Assembly (NCBI RefSeq): GCF_018977255.1
Contig: NW_024704743.1
Coordinates: 7,380,001-7,444,000, forward strand
Length of the DNA: 64,000 bases
Source of the DNA: Callorhinchus milii
Lineage: Eukaryota
Direction of reading: 5' to 3'
Below the pieces are notes generated by a model. It did not search any database, was not told the DNA's origin, and saw only the letters and a program-made list of their open reading frames with translations. Positions 62,743-64,000 of the stretch are shown here, piece after piece. Both the position numbers and the translations under genes were made by a program. The first letter of the stretch is position 1. Each line of letters starts with the position of its first letter.

Positions 62743-64000
62743 TATCAGTAGCACTATTCTTAAGTTTAAAATTAAGCTTAAAATTAAGCTCTAGCTTAGG
62801 AACTAGCAATGAGATACCACTTGGTCGTTTCTTTTTGATGAAATTTGGTGGGGGGGAGGCTTTAGACAAGTGCTCTGGGACTCTACCCCGAGCACAGTGG
62901 GGGGGAGATCAAGATCACATCCTGAGAGATAAAGCATTCAGTGCTCCTGGACTTTAGAAACAACAAATAAGAAAGATCCCATCAGAGGAAGAAACAAATT
63001 GTAAATGTGGCAATAACAAAAATGTGCATTCATATAGTGCCCTTCATGCAGGGAGCATCCTGGAGCACTTAACAGCGGAGCGGTTTAACTGGAAACGGGG
63101 ACCAAAAGATAGAAGTTGAGACCGAGTGGTAGAGTAAGGGAGATCCATAGGTTTGGGTAGGAACTGAATAATCACCACTATTGATGGTGTCGAGGATTGG
63201 GGGTGGTAGGGGCGAGGGATGGAGTGGAATAGGAGAAGATCAGAGAGATAAGGAGATGCCAGGGAATGGAGGGATTTGTAGGTGAGATCGAGGACTTTGA
63301 AATCAATCAGCTGGGAGATTGGAGGAACAACAACCACAACGAAATTACATTTATAGAGCGCCTTTCACATGGGGAGGACTACCAGAGGTAGCTGGACTCT
63401 GCCAGTTGTGCGCACGAGGTGACTCGAAGCGATGATAACATGCATCCCTCCACAATGGAAGATGGTGAATTAGATGGAAATTTGGCACAAGAACTGGTGC
63501 ATGTCCCGATGACAGCAGCTTGGCGCAGTGCAATCGGGATTTGAGTTTGGTTTCAGTCTGAAGAATTCCCACCTGTGCTCATGAAAGGATCTAGGAGAAA
63601 TATCATTGGAAACAGACAGCAGTGCTGGTGCTAGGCCAGATCACACATCTGCTTCTAACTCAGCTGATTATATTGCATTCAGTTTTTCCAGCTATAAAAA
63701 TAAAAAAAACACTGCATATGTTTTGGGGAAAGAGCCAAATTCCTCCAAACAAGGGAGCAAAGTTCTGTTAAAGTGTGAGCGAACGTTATTCTCACGTATG
63801 TCTCGCTGCGTTACAGGATGTCAGTAACCAGGAACCCCTAAAAGTCTGTGTGTGGAGCTCGGCTGTGATGGTCTGCACAAGTGAAGACCCATAGACTCTC
63901 GGATGTTTAGGAAAATGGCTTTCACGTATTCTGTAGTTGCTCTCTAGAACTCCCTCTGACTCGCCTACTCCCTCTCCACTTTCAAAGCCCACCTCAAAAC

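Overview
Eukaryotic, repeat-dense vertebrate DNA. The SINE/LINE content (tRNA-head Deu-domain SINEs, L2 and CR1 LINEs, a Penelope-type foldback) suggests a cartilaginous fish, possibly a chimaera; this is inference. The only protein-coding gene I can support is the 3' half of MTPAP (mitochondrial poly(A) polymerase) on the + strand: five coding exons at 5812-6023, 7470-7696, 9045-9137, 9225-9298 and 12453-12776, all with GT-AG boundaries and compatible phases. I did not find the upstream exons in the window. The remaining ~51 kb is intergenic or intronic and full of L2, CR1 and SINE copies, and most ORFs in the track are translations of these repeats. I did not find a convincing new multi-gene system. 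The most noteworthy structures are: a Penelope-type foldback with a hammerhead-ribozyme-like core and 10-bp TSD inside an MTPAP intron; a duplicated splice acceptor creating a possible in-frame 12-nt micro-exon next to an exact ETS-CRE motif; a probable 1-nt frameshift in the MTPAP C-terminus; a near-perfect 128-bp inverted duplication fused to a SINE 5' end; a SINE split into three by nested L2 insertions; a 5'-complete but EN/RT-deleted L2; a hAT-like foldback; and a duplicated candidate non-coding exon.
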